Part shown: positions 1 through 12,562 of the stretch, one piece after another
Numbering within the stretch: position 1 is the stretch's first letter
Layout of the letters: each line of letters starts with the position of its first letter
DNA from: a bacterium
GTDB lineage: Bacteria > Krumholzibacteriota > Krumholzibacteriia > G020349025
NCBI GenBank assembly: GCA_031362565.1
Contig: JANLSU010000014.1
Location: 32,001 to 96,000, forward strand
DNA length: 64,000 nucleotides
Direction: 5' to 3'
Translations under genes and position numbers: made by a program
Notes under the pieces: model-generated
Seen by the model: only the letters and a program-made list of their open reading frames with translations
Database searches by the model: none
Told to the model about the DNA's origin: nothing

Positions 1-1
1 G

Positions 2-1477
2 CGGGCGCCGCTCGCGGCGCTCGGCATCGCTGCATTGGTGCTCGTCGTGCAAGCGCCCGAGCGCCGGCTCGATTTGGGACTGCAACTGTCTTGCGCATCG
101 ACCGGGGGATTGTTGGCCTGTGCACCGGCGCTCGCGGCCGTGGCCGAGCGTTTGGCAACGCGCGGCTGGAGGGGACGCATGACCGGCTGGGCGGTCGCGA
201 CCGCCGGACTCGCTTGTGCAGCGCAACTGGCAACGCTGCCGCTGACGCTCGCCGCATTCGGCACCGTGCCGTGGGTGGCGCCTCTCGCCAACGCCATTCT
301 GGTCCCCGGTACCGACATCGCGCTGGCATTGGCACTCGTCGGCGCGCCGCTCGCACTCGGTTGCGAAACGCTGGGACGGCCTCTGTTGCTCGTCGCGGGT
401 GCGATTCTGCACGTCCTCGGATGGATTTCGATTGCCGTCAGCTCGCGCTTCGAAACCCGCTGGTTCCTGCCGGTCGAGTCCCTGACCCTTGTTGCCGCGA
501 CGGCGCTTGCGGCCGGCGTGGTGACGCTGGGGCTTGCGGCCCGCGGCGGCCGGCGGCGCTTGGCCCGATTGGCGTGCGGTTCGGGGCTGGTGGCGATCGT
601 CACGCTCGGCGGGCGCACGTTGGCGCCCGCGACGCCCGGCTGGCAAGTGGAAGCACTGGATGTCGGACAAGGGGATGCGACGGTCCTACGCGTCGGTGCG
701 GCGGCGTGGCTTGTCGACACCGGCGATGCCGCGCCCACCGACAATGGCGTCCGCGTCGTGGTGCCGCACTTGCGGCGCGCCGGAGTCCGGCGCTTGCGCG
801 GCTTGGTGCTTTCGCATCCGCACCGCGATCACTGCGGTGGTGCGGGCGCCGTGCTCGCGGCCCTCGCCGTCGACACCGTCTATGTGGCTCGCGCGTCGTT
901 TGCAGACACCCTGTACGCGGCGCTGCGGGCCCGTTTCCCGCACGTGCCATGGCGCGGCCTGGCGCGCGGCGCGACGTTGCAACTGGGATGCGACTATGCG
1001 GCGCGGGTCGTCTGGCCCGAATCGACGGACGTCCTGCAGCGTGGTCCCAACGAATGTTCGCTGGTGCTCGCGGCGGCAGGCGGCCATCACCCGGATCTGT
1101 GGCTGTGCGGCGATCTCGAGCACGAAGGCGAAGCGCACATTCGCAACGACTCCCTCGCTTGGCATGCGGGTCACCCGTTCACCATCTTGAAGGCCGGCCA
1201 TCATGGCAGCGACACGAGTTCGACGGAGGTTTTTCTCGACGCGTTGCAACCCGATCTCGCCCTCGTCAGCGTCGGTGCCATGAACCGCTATGGCCATCCG
1301 GGCCGCCGGACGCTCGCCTCACTCGCAGCGCACGGTTGCACGATCGTCCGCACCGACCGCGGTGGCGCGGTGCGTGTCGTCGAACGCGGGGCTACCTTGT
1401 GGATCGAGCGTCCGGCGGCGCGCGCTCGGCCACTGGGTGAGCCGGTTGACGTCGCCCGCGACGCGCGCCTAGAATGA
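2..1477 (+). CDS. comEC: ComEC/Rec2 DNA-uptake competence protein (5' partial)
   Basis: Frame is open to the window edge. TM competence segment (QLATLPL...PLAN) is followed by an MBL domain: LDVGQGD, SHPHRDHCGG, GHHGS, NRYGHP, RTDRGGAV. Confidence 0.9.
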   Translation, partial: RAPLAALGIAALVLVVQAPERRLDLGLQLSCASTGGLLACAPALAAVAERLATRGWRGRMTGWAVATAGLACAAQLATLPLTLAAFGTVPWVAPLANAILVPGTDIALALALVGAPLALGCETLGRPLLLVAGAILHVLGWISIAVSSRFETRWFLPVESLTLVAATALAAGVVTLGLAARGGRRRLARLACGSGLVAIVTLGGRTLAPATPGWQVEALDVGQGDATVLRVGAAAWLVDTGDAAPTDNGVRVVVPHLRRAGVRRLRGLVLSHPHRDHCGGAGAVLAALAVDTVYVARASFADTLYAALRARFPHVPWRGLARGATLQLGCDYAARVVWPESTDVLQRGPNECSLVLAAAGGHHPDLWLCGDLEHEGEAHIRNDSLAWHAGHPFTILKAGHHGSDTSSTEVFLDALQPDLALVSVGAMNRYGHPGRRTLASLAAHGCTIVRTDRGGAVRVVERGATLWIERPAARARPLGEPVDVARDARLE

Positions 1478-1549
1478 CGCGCTTCGCCGGCGCTTGCGGC
1501 CATCGAGCGGCAACCACCACGATCTATTCCTTGGGCATGAGGAGACGGC

Positions 1550-2203
1550 GTGAACGCGGATGTACGCGTGGGGGTTCTCGCTTCCGGCCGCGGTTCGAAT
1601 TTCGCGGCACTTCTGGCGGCGGCGTCGCAGGGGACCCTCGGCGCCCGCATCGTTTGTTTGATCACCGACAACCCGAATGCTGCCGCCATCGCCGTCGCCG
1701 ATGCGGCGGGCGTACCGGTCGTCGTGGTCGAGCCTGGTGCCGGCCGCGGCAAGCTGGCGGCTTTTGCCGAGCAACGCATGGTCGAGGTGTTGCGCGGCTA
1801 CGGCGTCCAACTCGTCTGCTTGGCGGGCTTCATGCGCATCGTCGGCCCGGTCCTGCTCGCGGCGTTTCCGGCCGCGATCCTCAACGTGCACCCGTCATTG
1901 CTCCCGAGTTTCCCGGGGCTCGATGCCCAGCGCCAAGCCTTCGAGCACGGCGTGCAAGTGACCGGCTGCACGGTGCACTTCGTCGATGCCGGGATCGACT
2001 CGGGGCCGATCGTGATGCAGCGGCCGGTGCAGGTGCACGACGAGGACACGGCGGAATCGCTCGCCGCGCGGATTCTGGCCGAAGAACATCGCGCTTTCCC
2101 GGCGGCGGTGCGTCTTTGGGCTGAAGGCCGCTTGCATCTGCACGGACGGCGCGTCGCACATCTCGATGCCGCAACATTTTCTCGACATCACGGGGAGGCG
2201 TGA
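1550..2203 (+). CDS. purN: Phosphoribosylglycinamide formyltransferase
   Basis: ASGRGSN, LAGFMRI, LNVHPSLLPSFPG, GCTVHFVDAGIDSGPI; GAGGAG RBS before GTG. Confidence 0.96.
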   Translation: MNADVRVGVLASGRGSNFAALLAAASQGTLGARIVCLITDNPNAAAIAVADAAGVPVVVVEPGAGRGKLAAFAEQRMVEVLRGYGVQLVCLAGFMRIVGPVLLAAFPAAILNVHPSLLPSFPGLDAQRQAFEHGVQVTGCTVHFVDAGIDSGPIVMQRPVQVHDEDTAESLAARILAEEHRAFPAAVRLWAEGRLHLHGRRVAHLDAATFSRHHGEA

Positions 2204-2204
2204 C

Positions 2205-3095
2205 GTGATTGCCCTCGGCAGCACCCGCGACTTAGGTTTGGAGCCGACTCGCGCCGGCAAGGTGCGCGATCTGTTCGATCTCGGCGACCGCTTGCTGCTC
2301 GTCGCCACCGATCGCATCTCGGCGTACGACGTCGTCTTCGACGATCTCATTCCCGGCAAGGGCGCCATGCTGACACGCATGAGCCTGGAGTGGTTCCGGC
2401 TGCTGGAGGATGTCGTCGCCAACCATCTCATCACGGCCGACGTGCGCGAGTTCCCGGCACCGTTTTGCGATCAGCCGGCACTCGCCGGCCGCAGCATGCT
2501 GGTGCACAAAGCCCGCCGTGTCGACGCCGAGTGCATCGTGCGCGGCTACATTACAGGCAGCGGCTGGAAGGATTATCGTTCGACGGGCAAGGTGTGCGGC
2601 CACGAACTCCCGGCCGGATTGCGGGAGTCGGAACGGCTCGCGCGGCCGCTCTTCACGCCCTCCACCAAGGCCGATGCCGGGCACGACGAGAACATCTCAC
2701 GCGCCGAATTGGCGCGTACCGTCGGCGCCGATGTCGCAGCAGAAGTCGAGCGCCTGTCACTCGCCGTCTACGAACGCGCCGCGGACCACGCGCGCGAGCG
2801 CGGCATTCTTCTTGCCGACACCAAGTTCGAATTCGGTTTCCACGGCAGCGAACTCATTTTGATCGATGAAGTACTGACCCCCGACTCGTCGCGTTTCTGG
2901 CCCGCCGATACCTACCGGGTGGGGGAGACCCAACAGAGCTTCGACAAACAGTATTTGCGCGATTGGCTCGATGCGAGCGGTTGGGATCACAATCCGCCGG
3001 CACCGCGTCTGCCGGCCGACATCGTGCAACGCACCGCAGGGCGTTACTCGGAGGCGCTCGAGCGCTTGTTTCCGGAAGCGCGGGCCGGCGCATGA
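2205..3095 (+). CDS. purC: SAICAR synthetase
   Basis: GKVRDLF, ATDRISAYD, ECIVRGY, LADTKFEFG, DEVLTPDSSRFW, SFDKQ; GGGGAGG RBS before GTG 2205. Confidence 0.96.
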   Translation: MIALGSTRDLGLEPTRAGKVRDLFDLGDRLLLVATDRISAYDVVFDDLIPGKGAMLTRMSLEWFRLLEDVVANHLITADVREFPAPFCDQPALAGRSMLVHKARRVDAECIVRGYITGSGWKDYRSTGKVCGHELPAGLRESERLARPLFTPSTKADAGHDENISRAELARTVGADVAAEVERLSLAVYERAADHARERGILLADTKFEFGFHGSELILIDEVLTPDSSRFWPADTYRVGETQQSFDKQYLRDWLDASGWDHNPPAPRLPADIVQRTAGRYSEALERLFPEARAGA

Positions 3096-4657
3096 GCGCG
3101 ACGAGCGCCGGCGGCGCGGGCGGCACGCTGCACCCCAAGATCGCCTTGCTGTCGGTGACCGACAAGACGGGGCTGGCGGAACTCGGCCGCGGACTGGCGG
3201 CGGCCGGTGTGCGCCTCGTCGCTTCGGGCGGCACGGCAGCGCACCTGCAGGCCGCGGGACTCGCGGTCACCGCGGTCGAGAGCTTGACCGATTTCCCGGA
3301 AATGCTCGGCGGACGCGTCAAGACACTGCATCCGGTCCTGCATGCCGGCATCCTCGCCGACCGCAGCGACGCCGCGCACCGCGCCGATCTCGAAGCGCAC
3401 GGCATCGAAGGAATCGACCTCGTGGTCGTCAACTTCTACGATTTCGCGACCGCGGTGGCGCAGGAAGATCTGCCCATCGAGGCGATCGATATCGGCGGCC
3501 CGACGCTGGCGCGCGGCGCGGCGAAGAATTTCGGCTGGGTCACGGTGCTTTCCGATCCAGCGGAGTACGCGCCGTATTTGGCGCAGTTGTCGGCCGGCGG
3601 CATCGACTTGGAGTACCGGCGCGGCGCGGCCGGTCGCACCTTCGCGCGCGTCGCGGCTTACGATGCGCAGATCGAGGCGGCATTTACGAACCACGGCACC
3701 GCCGACCGCTGGCCGGCGGTGTGGGCACCAAGGCGGCAGCGTGTGCAGCTCGACTTGCGCTATGGCGAGAATCCGCACCAAGCGGCCGCCGTCTACCGCG
3801 ACGACCCCGCCTGGGGCCTCGGCCGGCTGCAACAGATCGCCGGGCCGGAATTGTCGTTCAACAACTTGCTCGATGCCGATGCCGCCTGGGCACTCGCGGG
3901 CGATCTGGGTGATGCGCCAGCCTGTGTGCTGGTCAAACACAACAATCCGTGCGGTGTCGCGACCGGTCGCTCGGCGGCCGAGGCGTTCCGCGCCGCGCTT
4001 GCCGGCGATCCGGTTTCGGCGTTCGGGGGCATCGCGGCTTTCACCGGCCCCGTCGATGCCGCGGCGGCGGATGCAATCGGCGACTTATTCTTGGAAATTC
4101 TCTGTGCGCCGCAGGTCGAGCCGGAGGCGCGCGCCCGGCTCGCGTCCAAGAAGCGCTTGCGCATTCTCGAGATCCCCCGCGATCGCCGCCCGGCGACCGA
4201 CGAGCGGCTATTGCGCGGCCTGTACCTCGTCCAAGAACCGGATCAGGGTTTCGAAGAACTGGCGCATGCGGAAGTGGTTTCGCGCCGGGCGCCGAGCGCC
4301 GCCGAACGCGCCGGGCTCGACTTCGTGTGGCGGATCTGCAAACACGTCAAGTCGAATGCCATCGTGATCGGGCGCGAGACGCGCACCCTTGGCATCGGCG
4401 CCGGACAAATGAGCCGCGTCGACAGTTGCGAACTCGCGGTCCGCAAGGCGCACGCTGCGGAGCACGATCTGCACGGCAGTGTCGCCGCCTCCGACGCCTT
4501 TTTCCCATTCGCGGACGGTCTGCGCGCCTTGGCCGCAGCGGGGGTCACCGCCATCGTTCAACCCGGCGGGTCGAAGCGCGACGATGAAGTCGTGGCGGCC
4601 GCCGACGAACTTGGCATTGCGATGGTCTGCACGGGGCGGCGTCACTTCCGCCACTGA
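3092..4657 (+). CDS. purH: Bifunctional AICAR transformylase/IMP cyclohydrolase
   Basis: [50 protein letters not shown], terminal RHFRH; ATGA overlap with purC. Confidence 0.96.
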   Translation: MSATSAGGAGGTLHPKIALLSVTDKTGLAELGRGLAAAGVRLVASGGTAAHLQAAGLAVTAVESLTDFPEMLGGRVKTLHPVLHAGILADRSDAAHRADLEAHGIEGIDLVVVNFYDFATAVAQEDLPIEAIDIGGPTLARGAAKNFGWVTVLSDPAEYAPYLAQLSAGGIDLEYRRGAAGRTFARVAAYDAQIEAAFTNHGTADRWPAVWAPRRQRVQLDLRYGENPHQAAAVYRDDPAWGLGRLQQIAGPELSFNNLLDADAAWALAGDLGDAPACVLVKHNNPCGVATGRSAAEAFRAALAGDPVSAFGGIAAFTGPVDAAAADAIGDLFLEILCAPQVEPEARARLASKKRLRILEIPRDRRPATDERLLRGLYLVQEPDQGFEELAHAEVVSRRAPSAAERAGLDFVWRICKHVKSNAIVIGRETRTLGIGAGQMSRVDSCELAVRKAHAAEHDLHGSVAASDAFFPFADGLRALAAAGVTAIVQPGGSKRDDEVVAAADELGIAMVCTGRRHFRH

Positions 4658-4671
4658 AGAGAGAGGTTGCG

Positions 4672-6255
<1,584 letters not shown>

Positions 6256-6355
6256 GCCTCGGCAGTTGAGCGATCGAGTTCGGGCGCGTTGGGATTGACT
6301 TCCGCCAAGCGACAGTGCTTCTTGCTCTTCTGGCGCCCGGAAGGACCTCGAGGTC

Positions 6356-8881
6356 ATGCAGAGAGCCCGCGCCTTGTTCGCCCTCCTCGTGGTGTCGGCC
6401 GGCCTTGGCGCCGACCCGGTCCGCGCCGTGCCACCACGTCCGGGGCTTGCCGGCAAACCTTCGATGCACATCGAGTTGAACGCGGCACTTCGCCAAGGAC
6501 TCGATGAGCCGGCGGCGCTCCGGGCGCGCCTGCCTGAACGCGTTCTGGTGTTGCTCGTCGACTTTGCGGATCGCCCGCACGCCACGAATCTGACGCCGGC
6601 CGCGATCGACTCCATGTTCTTTGGGCGGCTCGACCCCAGCTTGCGGCGGTTCTACGAAAACTCGTCGTTTGGGCGGCTGCATTTGACGGGCACGGTGACG
6701 CCCTGGCTGCGACTTCCCGAGTCCTACGCCTTCTATGCCGACGCGGCGCGGTCGGGCGCCGGGGTCCGCGGCGCCTATCCGCGCAATGCCCGGCGCATGG
6801 TCGAAGATGCGCTCCGCAGCGCCGATCAGTGGGTCGATTTCCGGGCTTTCGACACCGATGGCCCGGATGGAATGCCGGCGAGCGGCGATGACGACGGCCT
6901 CGTCGACGCGCTCGTGGTCGTGCATGCGGGCGACGGCGCCGAGTACGGCGACGCGCGGCAGATTCTGTCCCACAACTGGTTCACGACGGCGCCGGTGGAA
7001 ACCGCCGAGCACATTCGCGCTTGGCGCTACGCAACCGTCGCAGAAACGTCACCGATCGGTGTCGTGGCGCACGAGTTCGGCCATCAATTGGGTTTACGCG
7101 ATCTGTACGACCGGCGGAGCACGACCGGCCTCGGCGGCGGACTCGGCGACTGGTCGCTCATGGCCTCGGGCCCGTGGCTCGATGACGGGCAAACACCTGC
7201 CGACCTGGATGCGGCGAGCAAAGTCGAACTGGGATTCGTCGATGCCGTCGCGCCCGCGGATAACGGCTCGTTCGCTCTCGGTGCCCGAGCGCCCGGGCGT
7301 CTGCCGGATGTGTATCGGGTGTGGACGCATGGCGTCGCCGCCAACGAATTCCTGGTCATCGAAAACCGCCAGCCGAGCGGCCAAGATGCGTTCCTGCCGG
7401 GCGGCGGCATGCTCGTCTACCACGTCGACTTGCGGCAGCCCAACAACGACGATGACGTCCGGCCGCGTGTCGAGCTCCTGCAAGCCGACGGCCGCACCGA
7501 CATCGAGAACCGCATCAACAACGGCGACGCAGGCGATCCTTTTCCGGGCACCCGAACCGAGATCGGCCCCGGCACTTCACCCAGCACGCGAGCTCGTGAC
7601 GGCAGCGACTCGCAAGTGCGCATCTTCGCGATTAGCGCCCCGACGCCGAACCAAACGTTTGGGCTCGAAGTCGAATCGGAGCCCGAGATCGTGGTCGAGT
7701 CGAGTGCACTCGTTGAAGTGCGCGGTGACGGCAACGGCGCGGTCGACCCGGCGGAGGACTTCCGTCTCGTGGTGCGCCTGCGCAACGATGGCGTCGCGCA
7801 GGCACCGGCACTGCTGCGTGTGCAGGCGCACCCGTACTTCGATGTCAATTGGGGGGCGGACACCGTTCCGTTGCCCGCACTCGCAACGCACGATACCGCC
7901 CGGGCGGTTTTCTTCGGCACGGTTCGCGCCTTTCCTTTGACACCGTACGGGCTCGATCTAAGACTCACGACGCCGGGCGGCGCGTGGCGCGACAGCGTGT
8001 CGATCGTCGCGGTCGTCGGTGCGGGGGATGGCTTTCAGGCGTGCTTCAAACCCCAGGCGTCGAGCCTGACGCGCGACTGTCACGATCCGGCGGCGTCCTG
8101 GGACGTGGTCCAGATCGGCGGCGCCGGCACATGGACAGCGGCGACGCGGACGGGCGAGTTCGGCTGGGTCTTTCGCAGCGCCGACGGCGCGCGCTACGCG
8201 AACAACGCCGACGCGGCGCTTGTCTCGCCGCCTTTTCGTCTCGCGGCGGGCAGCGAGCTGCGCCTTCTGCATGCTTTCGACACCGAGGATGTGGCGGCTG
8301 GGTTTTGCGCCGACGGCGGCCGTGTCGAACTGTCGATCGATGCGGGCCCGTGGACGCCGATCACGCCCGCGGGCGGCTATCCGCGCCGCATGTGGCTCGA
8401 GAGTGTCGCGGCTTGGGCCGATCAAGGCGTGTTCGGGGGCGCGAGTCCGCGGCGTTGGGACAGCTTCGATCTCGGCGCGCAAACCGGCATTGCGGCGCTG
8501 CGGTTTCACTTCGCGAGCGGTGATTCGATCGGCGGCGCGGGGTGGGAAATCGCCCGCGTCGAAGTCGGACCCCGACGAGAGACGTTGCGTCCACGACTCG
8601 AAATCGTCGCCGAACCCAATCCCGTGCGCTTTCCGACCCGTATCGCATTCCGCATCAATGCTCGCTTGACCTGGGCGGCGCGTCCCACCACCCTGATGGT
8701 GTTCGATGTGCGCGGCCGGCGCATCCGCACGCTGCAGCATGCGCCGGTGCCGGCCGAAAGCGGCTTCGCCGTCTGGGATGGTACGGATTCTGCCGGGCAC
8801 GCCGTCGCATCGGGGCTGTACGTCGTTTGTCTGGATTGGGGCGGGTTGCGCGCCACGCACAAACTGGTGGTGGCGCGCTGA
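6356..8881 (+). CDS. Secreted M6-family (immune inhibitor A-like) zinc metalloprotease with C-terminal FlgD-Ig/T9SS-A-like domain
   Basis: Signal peptide; VLVLLVDFAD, VVVHAG, HEFGHQLGLRDLY (HExxH), WSLMASG, ENRQ..D..LPG.GMLVYHVD, GDAGDPFPG; C-terminal PNP..FDVRGRRIRTL..WDGTD..SGLY..KLVV. Confidence 0.85.
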   Translation: MQRARALFALLVVSAGLGADPVRAVPPRPGLAGKPSMHIELNAALRQGLDEPAALRARLPERVLVLLVDFADRPHATNLTPAAIDSMFFGRLDPSLRRFYENSSFGRLHLTGTVTPWLRLPESYAFYADAARSGAGVRGAYPRNARRMVEDALRSADQWVDFRAFDTDGPDGMPASGDDDGLVDALVVVHAGDGAEYGDARQILSHNWFTTAPVETAEHIRAWRYATVAETSPIGVVAHEFGHQLGLRDLYDRRSTTGLGGGLGDWSLMASGPWLDDGQTPADLDAASKVELGFVDAVAPADNGSFALGARAPGRLPDVYRVWTHGVAANEFLVIENRQPSGQDAFLPGGGMLVYHVDLRQPNNDDDVRPRVELLQADGRTDIENRINNGDAGDPFPGTRTEIGPGTSPSTRARDGSDSQVRIFAISAPTPNQTFGLEVESEPEIVVESSALVEVRGDGNGAVDPAEDFRLVVRLRNDGVAQAPALLRVQAHPYFDVNWGADTVPLPALATHDTARAVFFGTVRAFPLTPYGLDLRLTTPGGAWRDSVSIVAVVGAGDGFQACFKPQASSLTRDCHDPAASWDVVQIGGAGTWTAATRTGEFGWVFRSADGARYANNADAALVSPPFRLAAGSELRLLHAFDTEDVAAGFCADGGRVELSIDAGPWTPITPAGGYPRRMWLESVAAWADQGVFGGASPRRWDSFDLGAQTGIAALRFHFASGDSIGGAGWEIARVEVGPRRETLRPRLEIVAEPNPVRFPTRIAFRINARLTWAARPTTLMVFDVRGRRIRTLQHAPVPAESGFAVWDGTDSAGHAVASGLYVVCLDWGGLRATHKLVVAR

Positions 8882-8895
8882 CGGGGGGACTTCGA

Positions 8896-11217
8896 ATGCA
8901 TGGCTTCGGTCAACGCCGCCGGCTTGGGCTCGTTCTTGGACTGCCATGCATTCTGGTTCTCGGCTCGCGGGTGACCGGTTCGGTTCCCGGCGCCGCGCCA
9001 GCGCTGCAGTGGGTTTTGGAAACCCAAGGCGAAGTGCAACGGTTGGGCGCGCAGTGGCAAGCCGATTCGAGCCAGGCGGGCGACGCTGAAACTCTGCGGG
9101 CGCGCGTTCGCGCCGCCAACCGCCTCGGCCAATTCGCCGCCGCGCTCACGCTGCTCGACAGCGGCGCGAGCCAAATCGATTCCAGCACGGTGGCCTTCGT
9201 GCGCGCCGGGCTCGAGGCGCGGCTCGGGCATCCGGAGGCCTGTCTCGAGCGTCTCGCAAGAACCCGTCCGCCGGCCGGCCTCGAAGCGTGGGCGGCACTG
9301 TTGAACGCCGAAAGCGAAGGCGAGTTGGGGCGCTGGGAAGCGGCCCGCGCCGCCGCCGTGGTGCCCAACGATGCGCCAGTGCCGCCGGAAGTATCGCAGC
9401 GCCTGTTACTCGTGCGTGCCCGCGGCGCTCAAGCGGCGCACGATCTCCCGGCGCTCCGCCGGATGGCTCCGGAACTCGGCGATGCCGCGCGCCGCAACGA
9501 TCGCACCGGTTTGTTGCTGGCCGGGTTGGCGCGCGAGACGGCGCGCGCCGGTGAACTCCTGCAAGCCCGCGATTGGTGGCTCGACCTGCTCGAAGCGCGG
9601 CCGACACCGGCCGAGTCGGCGTACGTGGAACTCGAACTTCGGCCGAAACTCGTCACGGCACCGGATGTCGTGCTGCGCATCGCGCGCTTCGAAATGCGCC
9701 GCGGCCGGCACACCGCGGCGCGTCTGCGCCTGCGCACCGCGATCTTGGGCGGCCTGCCGGCGCCCGAGCGCGCCACGGCACGGCTGTTGATCGCCGAGTC
9801 GTTCCTGCGTTCCGGCGATGCAGCGGGGTGCTTGAAAGCCTGTGAACGCGCCGCGCGCTCGACCCATGGCACGCCGGTGGAAGCCGAACGGTTGCGCTTG
9901 GAGGCCCGGGCGTTGAAGCGCGTCGGTCGTGTTGCCGAGGCGCTCACCACCTACAAGCAGCTCGCGGCGCGCTTCCCGCGCCACGACAAGGCCGATGACG
10001 CACTCTACGAAGTGGGCTGGATCCTGGAGAATCAGCACCGCTTGCGTGAAGCCGAGCGCGCCTATCTGCGCGTCACGCGGGCCTATCCGAATGGTTCACT
10101 CGCCGATGATGCACGCTTGCGCGCCGGGTTGTGCGCGCTGCGCGACCATCGTCCGGCCGAAGCGGCGGAACATCTGTCGCATCTGGTGGCGCGCAACGGC
10201 CGCTCGACGTTGGTCGACAACGCGCTCTACTGGCAAATGCTGGCGCAGATTCGGCTCGGCGACGCCTCCGGCGCGCTCGTGCTGCGCGACCGCCTCGAAC
10301 GCGATTTCCCGCGCTCTTACTTCACCGTGTTGGCCCGGCATCGCATCGAGCAAGGGCTCGTGCCGCCGCTCGGACAAGCCCCGGAAGGCGCCACGCCAGC
10401 GCTCGCGACGACCGGCGATGCCGGCCTCGAACGGGCGGGGCGCGTGACCGCCGCCTACGACAGCGCGATCGCCACCGTGCAGCAGACCCTCGGACTCCGG
10501 GTGCCCGAGGGCTTCGACAACGACGCGCGCGCCTGGCATCTGTTGCTCGACTGGGGATTCGATGCCGAGGCAAGTTGGGAAACACGCCGGCTCGAACGCC
10601 GCTGGGATGGCGATGCCGGCGCTTTGATCGAACTCATCGCCAACTGTCACGCCCACGGCGCCCACGAACGCCTGGTGCGCTTGGCGTACGTGCTCGGACA
10701 AAAGATCAACGACCCGCGGCTCGGCGATGCCCTCGAAGTCTTGTTGTATCCGGCGCCCTACACGCCGTCGCTCGCCGCGGCGTGCCAACGCCATGGCCTG
10801 TCGCATGCCATCATGCTCGGCCTGATGCGCCAGGAGAGTGCGTTCGATCCCCGCATCGACTCAGGCGCCGGCGCCCGCGGCCTCATGCAACTCATGCCCG
10901 AAGTCGGACGGCGCCTTGCCGCCCAGGCCGGCGATGCCGATTTCCATGCCGACCGGCTGTACGACCCGCAGACCAACATCGAACTCGGGTCGGTGCTCTT
11001 CGCGGCCGAATTGCAGCGCGCCGGTGGTGACGTGCCGCAAGCGCTCGCGGCCTACAATGCCGGCGCCGACGTGGCCGCACTGTGGGCGACGCGGCTCGGG
11101 CGTGGCGACGGACGTGACATGTACCTCGAGCTGGCGGAGTACTCCGAGACGCGCACCTATCTCGAAACGGTGTTGGGGAACGCCGAGACGTACCGGCGGC
11201 TGTATGCGCTGCCGTGA
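8896..11217 (+). CDS. TPR-containing soluble lytic transglycosylase (SLT domain)
   Basis: N-terminal signal/anchor and TPR repeats; SLT motifs MRQESAFDP, GARGLMQLMP, ALAAYNAG, ETRTY. Confidence 0.88.
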   Translation: MHGFGQRRRLGLVLGLPCILVLGSRVTGSVPGAAPALQWVLETQGEVQRLGAQWQADSSQAGDAETLRARVRAANRLGQFAAALTLLDSGASQIDSSTVAFVRAGLEARLGHPEACLERLARTRPPAGLEAWAALLNAESEGELGRWEAARAAAVVPNDAPVPPEVSQRLLLVRARGAQAAHDLPALRRMAPELGDAARRNDRTGLLLAGLARETARAGELLQARDWWLDLLEARPTPAESAYVELELRPKLVTAPDVVLRIARFEMRRGRHTAARLRLRTAILGGLPAPERATARLLIAESFLRSGDAAGCLKACERAARSTHGTPVEAERLRLEARALKRVGRVAEALTTYKQLAARFPRHDKADDALYEVGWILENQHRLREAERAYLRVTRAYPNGSLADDARLRAGLCALRDHRPAEAAEHLSHLVARNGRSTLVDNALYWQMLAQIRLGDASGALVLRDRLERDFPRSYFTVLARHRIEQGLVPPLGQAPEGATPALATTGDAGLERAGRVTAAYDSAIATVQQTLGLRVPEGFDNDARAWHLLLDWGFDAEASWETRRLERRWDGDAGALIELIANCHAHGAHERLVRLAYVLGQKINDPRLGDALEVLLYPAPYTPSLAAACQRHGLSHAIMLGLMRQESAFDPRIDSGAGARGLMQLMPEVGRRLAAQAGDADFHADRLYDPQTNIELGSVLFAAELQRAGGDVPQALAAYNAGADVAALWATRLGRGDGRDMYLELAEYSETRTYLETVLGNAETYRRLYALP

Positions 11218-12562
11218 CGGGCTCACCGCCGCGCTCCTGTGCGGCGTCGCGGCTCTCACCGCGGCCGAGGCCCGGGCCCAGGCGCCCACGACCACCCTCA
11301 TCTATCCGCCCTGGTCGCATTGTTACGGGATGCACCGCGTCAATCAAACCCATCTGACGCTGCGCGCCGGGTTCAAGTATCACTTCGACGACCCACAGGG
11401 GGTGGCGGCGCTCAAATTGGCGGCGGAAGACGACCCGGCAAGTAGCCGCGATGACGACGAACTCACGGTCTTCGGCGTCAACTCGGGCCAGCACATGCTC
11501 ATCTTCAACACCTCGATTACGACGATCGCTTTTTACGGGCGCGAGGGCAGTGGGGTCGGCCAATTCCGGCACCCGCACGGGGTCGCGGCGGACCGCGCCG
11601 GCCATGTGATCGTCGCCGACACCGGCAATGACCGGCTGCACGTCCTGCAATATGAAAACGACGCGTTGCACCATGGGCGCTTCATCGCCGGATCCTTCAA
11701 CGGCCGGCGGCTGCGCGGGCCGACCGGCGTGGCGCTCGAGGCCGGCGAGATCTACGTCTGCGATCCGGGTGAGAACCGGATTCTCGTTCTCGACTTGGAA
11801 GGCAATTTGCGGCGCGAGCTGCGGCCCGAACGGCAGGGGACGGCGCTGCTCCAAGATCCGTTCGCGATCGCCGTCATCCGCGCCGACGCCACCATGAACT
11901 TCTTCGGTGAAGACTTCATCGTCGTCACCGATTCCATGCTGTCGCGGGTGTGGAAGCTCGATCAGCGCGGTGAACCCTTTGCGGTGCAGCGGATTCGCGA
12001 TGTGACCCCGGGCGGCGGCGAGTTCTATTATCCAGCGATCGACTATTACGCCAACGTCTATTGCTCCGACCGCGGCGGCCGCTTGCACAAGTTCGACCGC
12101 AATTTGCGTTTCTTGCTCGACATCGGGCGGCCGGGAAAAAGCGACTTCGAGTTCGACGAACCGCGCGGCCTGGGATTGTACCGGCGGTTCGGCCAGATGT
12201 TCATCGCCGAGCGCGAGGGCGCCCAGTACATGTGGATCGGGACCGATGTCTTCACGCCGTCGATGAGCGACGTGCGTTCGATCGCCGCCAATCGCTGGCG
12301 CGGCACGGTGCGCTATTTTCTCACCGAGTACGCGACCGTGCAGCTCGATCTGGCCGACGCTGCCGGGAATGCCCGCGTGGCGCTGCAACCGCCGGTGTGG
12401 ACCGGGCCGGGGCCGATCGAGAAATCCGTCGAGTTCGCGGCTCCGGACCCTGCCGGCTGGCGGTTGCGCGTCGAAGCCGTGCCGACGTATTCGTCCCGCA
12501 AGACGTTGCGCGTCGAGAAAATGTCCCAGCCGATCCGCACGGTGCGCGGCCAGACGCCGTGA
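11204..12562 (+). CDS. Secreted NHL-repeat beta-propeller protein
   Basis: Signal peptide ending ARA-Q; NHL repeats GQFRHPHGVAAD..VADTGNDRL, LRGPTGVA, FDEPRGL; Ig-like C-terminal tail. Confidence 0.78.
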   Translation: MRCRDGLTAALLCGVAALTAAEARAQAPTTTLIYPPWSHCYGMHRVNQTHLTLRAGFKYHFDDPQGVAALKLAAEDDPASSRDDDELTVFGVNSGQHMLIFNTSITTIAFYGREGSGVGQFRHPHGVAADRAGHVIVADTGNDRLHVLQYENDALHHGRFIAGSFNGRRLRGPTGVALEAGEIYVCDPGENRILVLDLEGNLRRELRPERQGTALLQDPFAIAVIRADATMNFFGEDFIVVTDSMLSRVWKLDQRGEPFAVQRIRDVTPGGGEFYYPAIDYYANVYCSDRGGRLHKFDRNLRFLLDIGRPGKSDFEFDEPRGLGLYRRFGQMFIAEREGAQYMWIGTDVFTPSMSDVRSIAANRWRGTVRYFLTEYATVQLDLADAAGNARVALQPPVWTGPGPIEKSVEFAAPDPAGWRLRVEAVPTYSSRKTLRVEKMSQPIRTVRGQTP

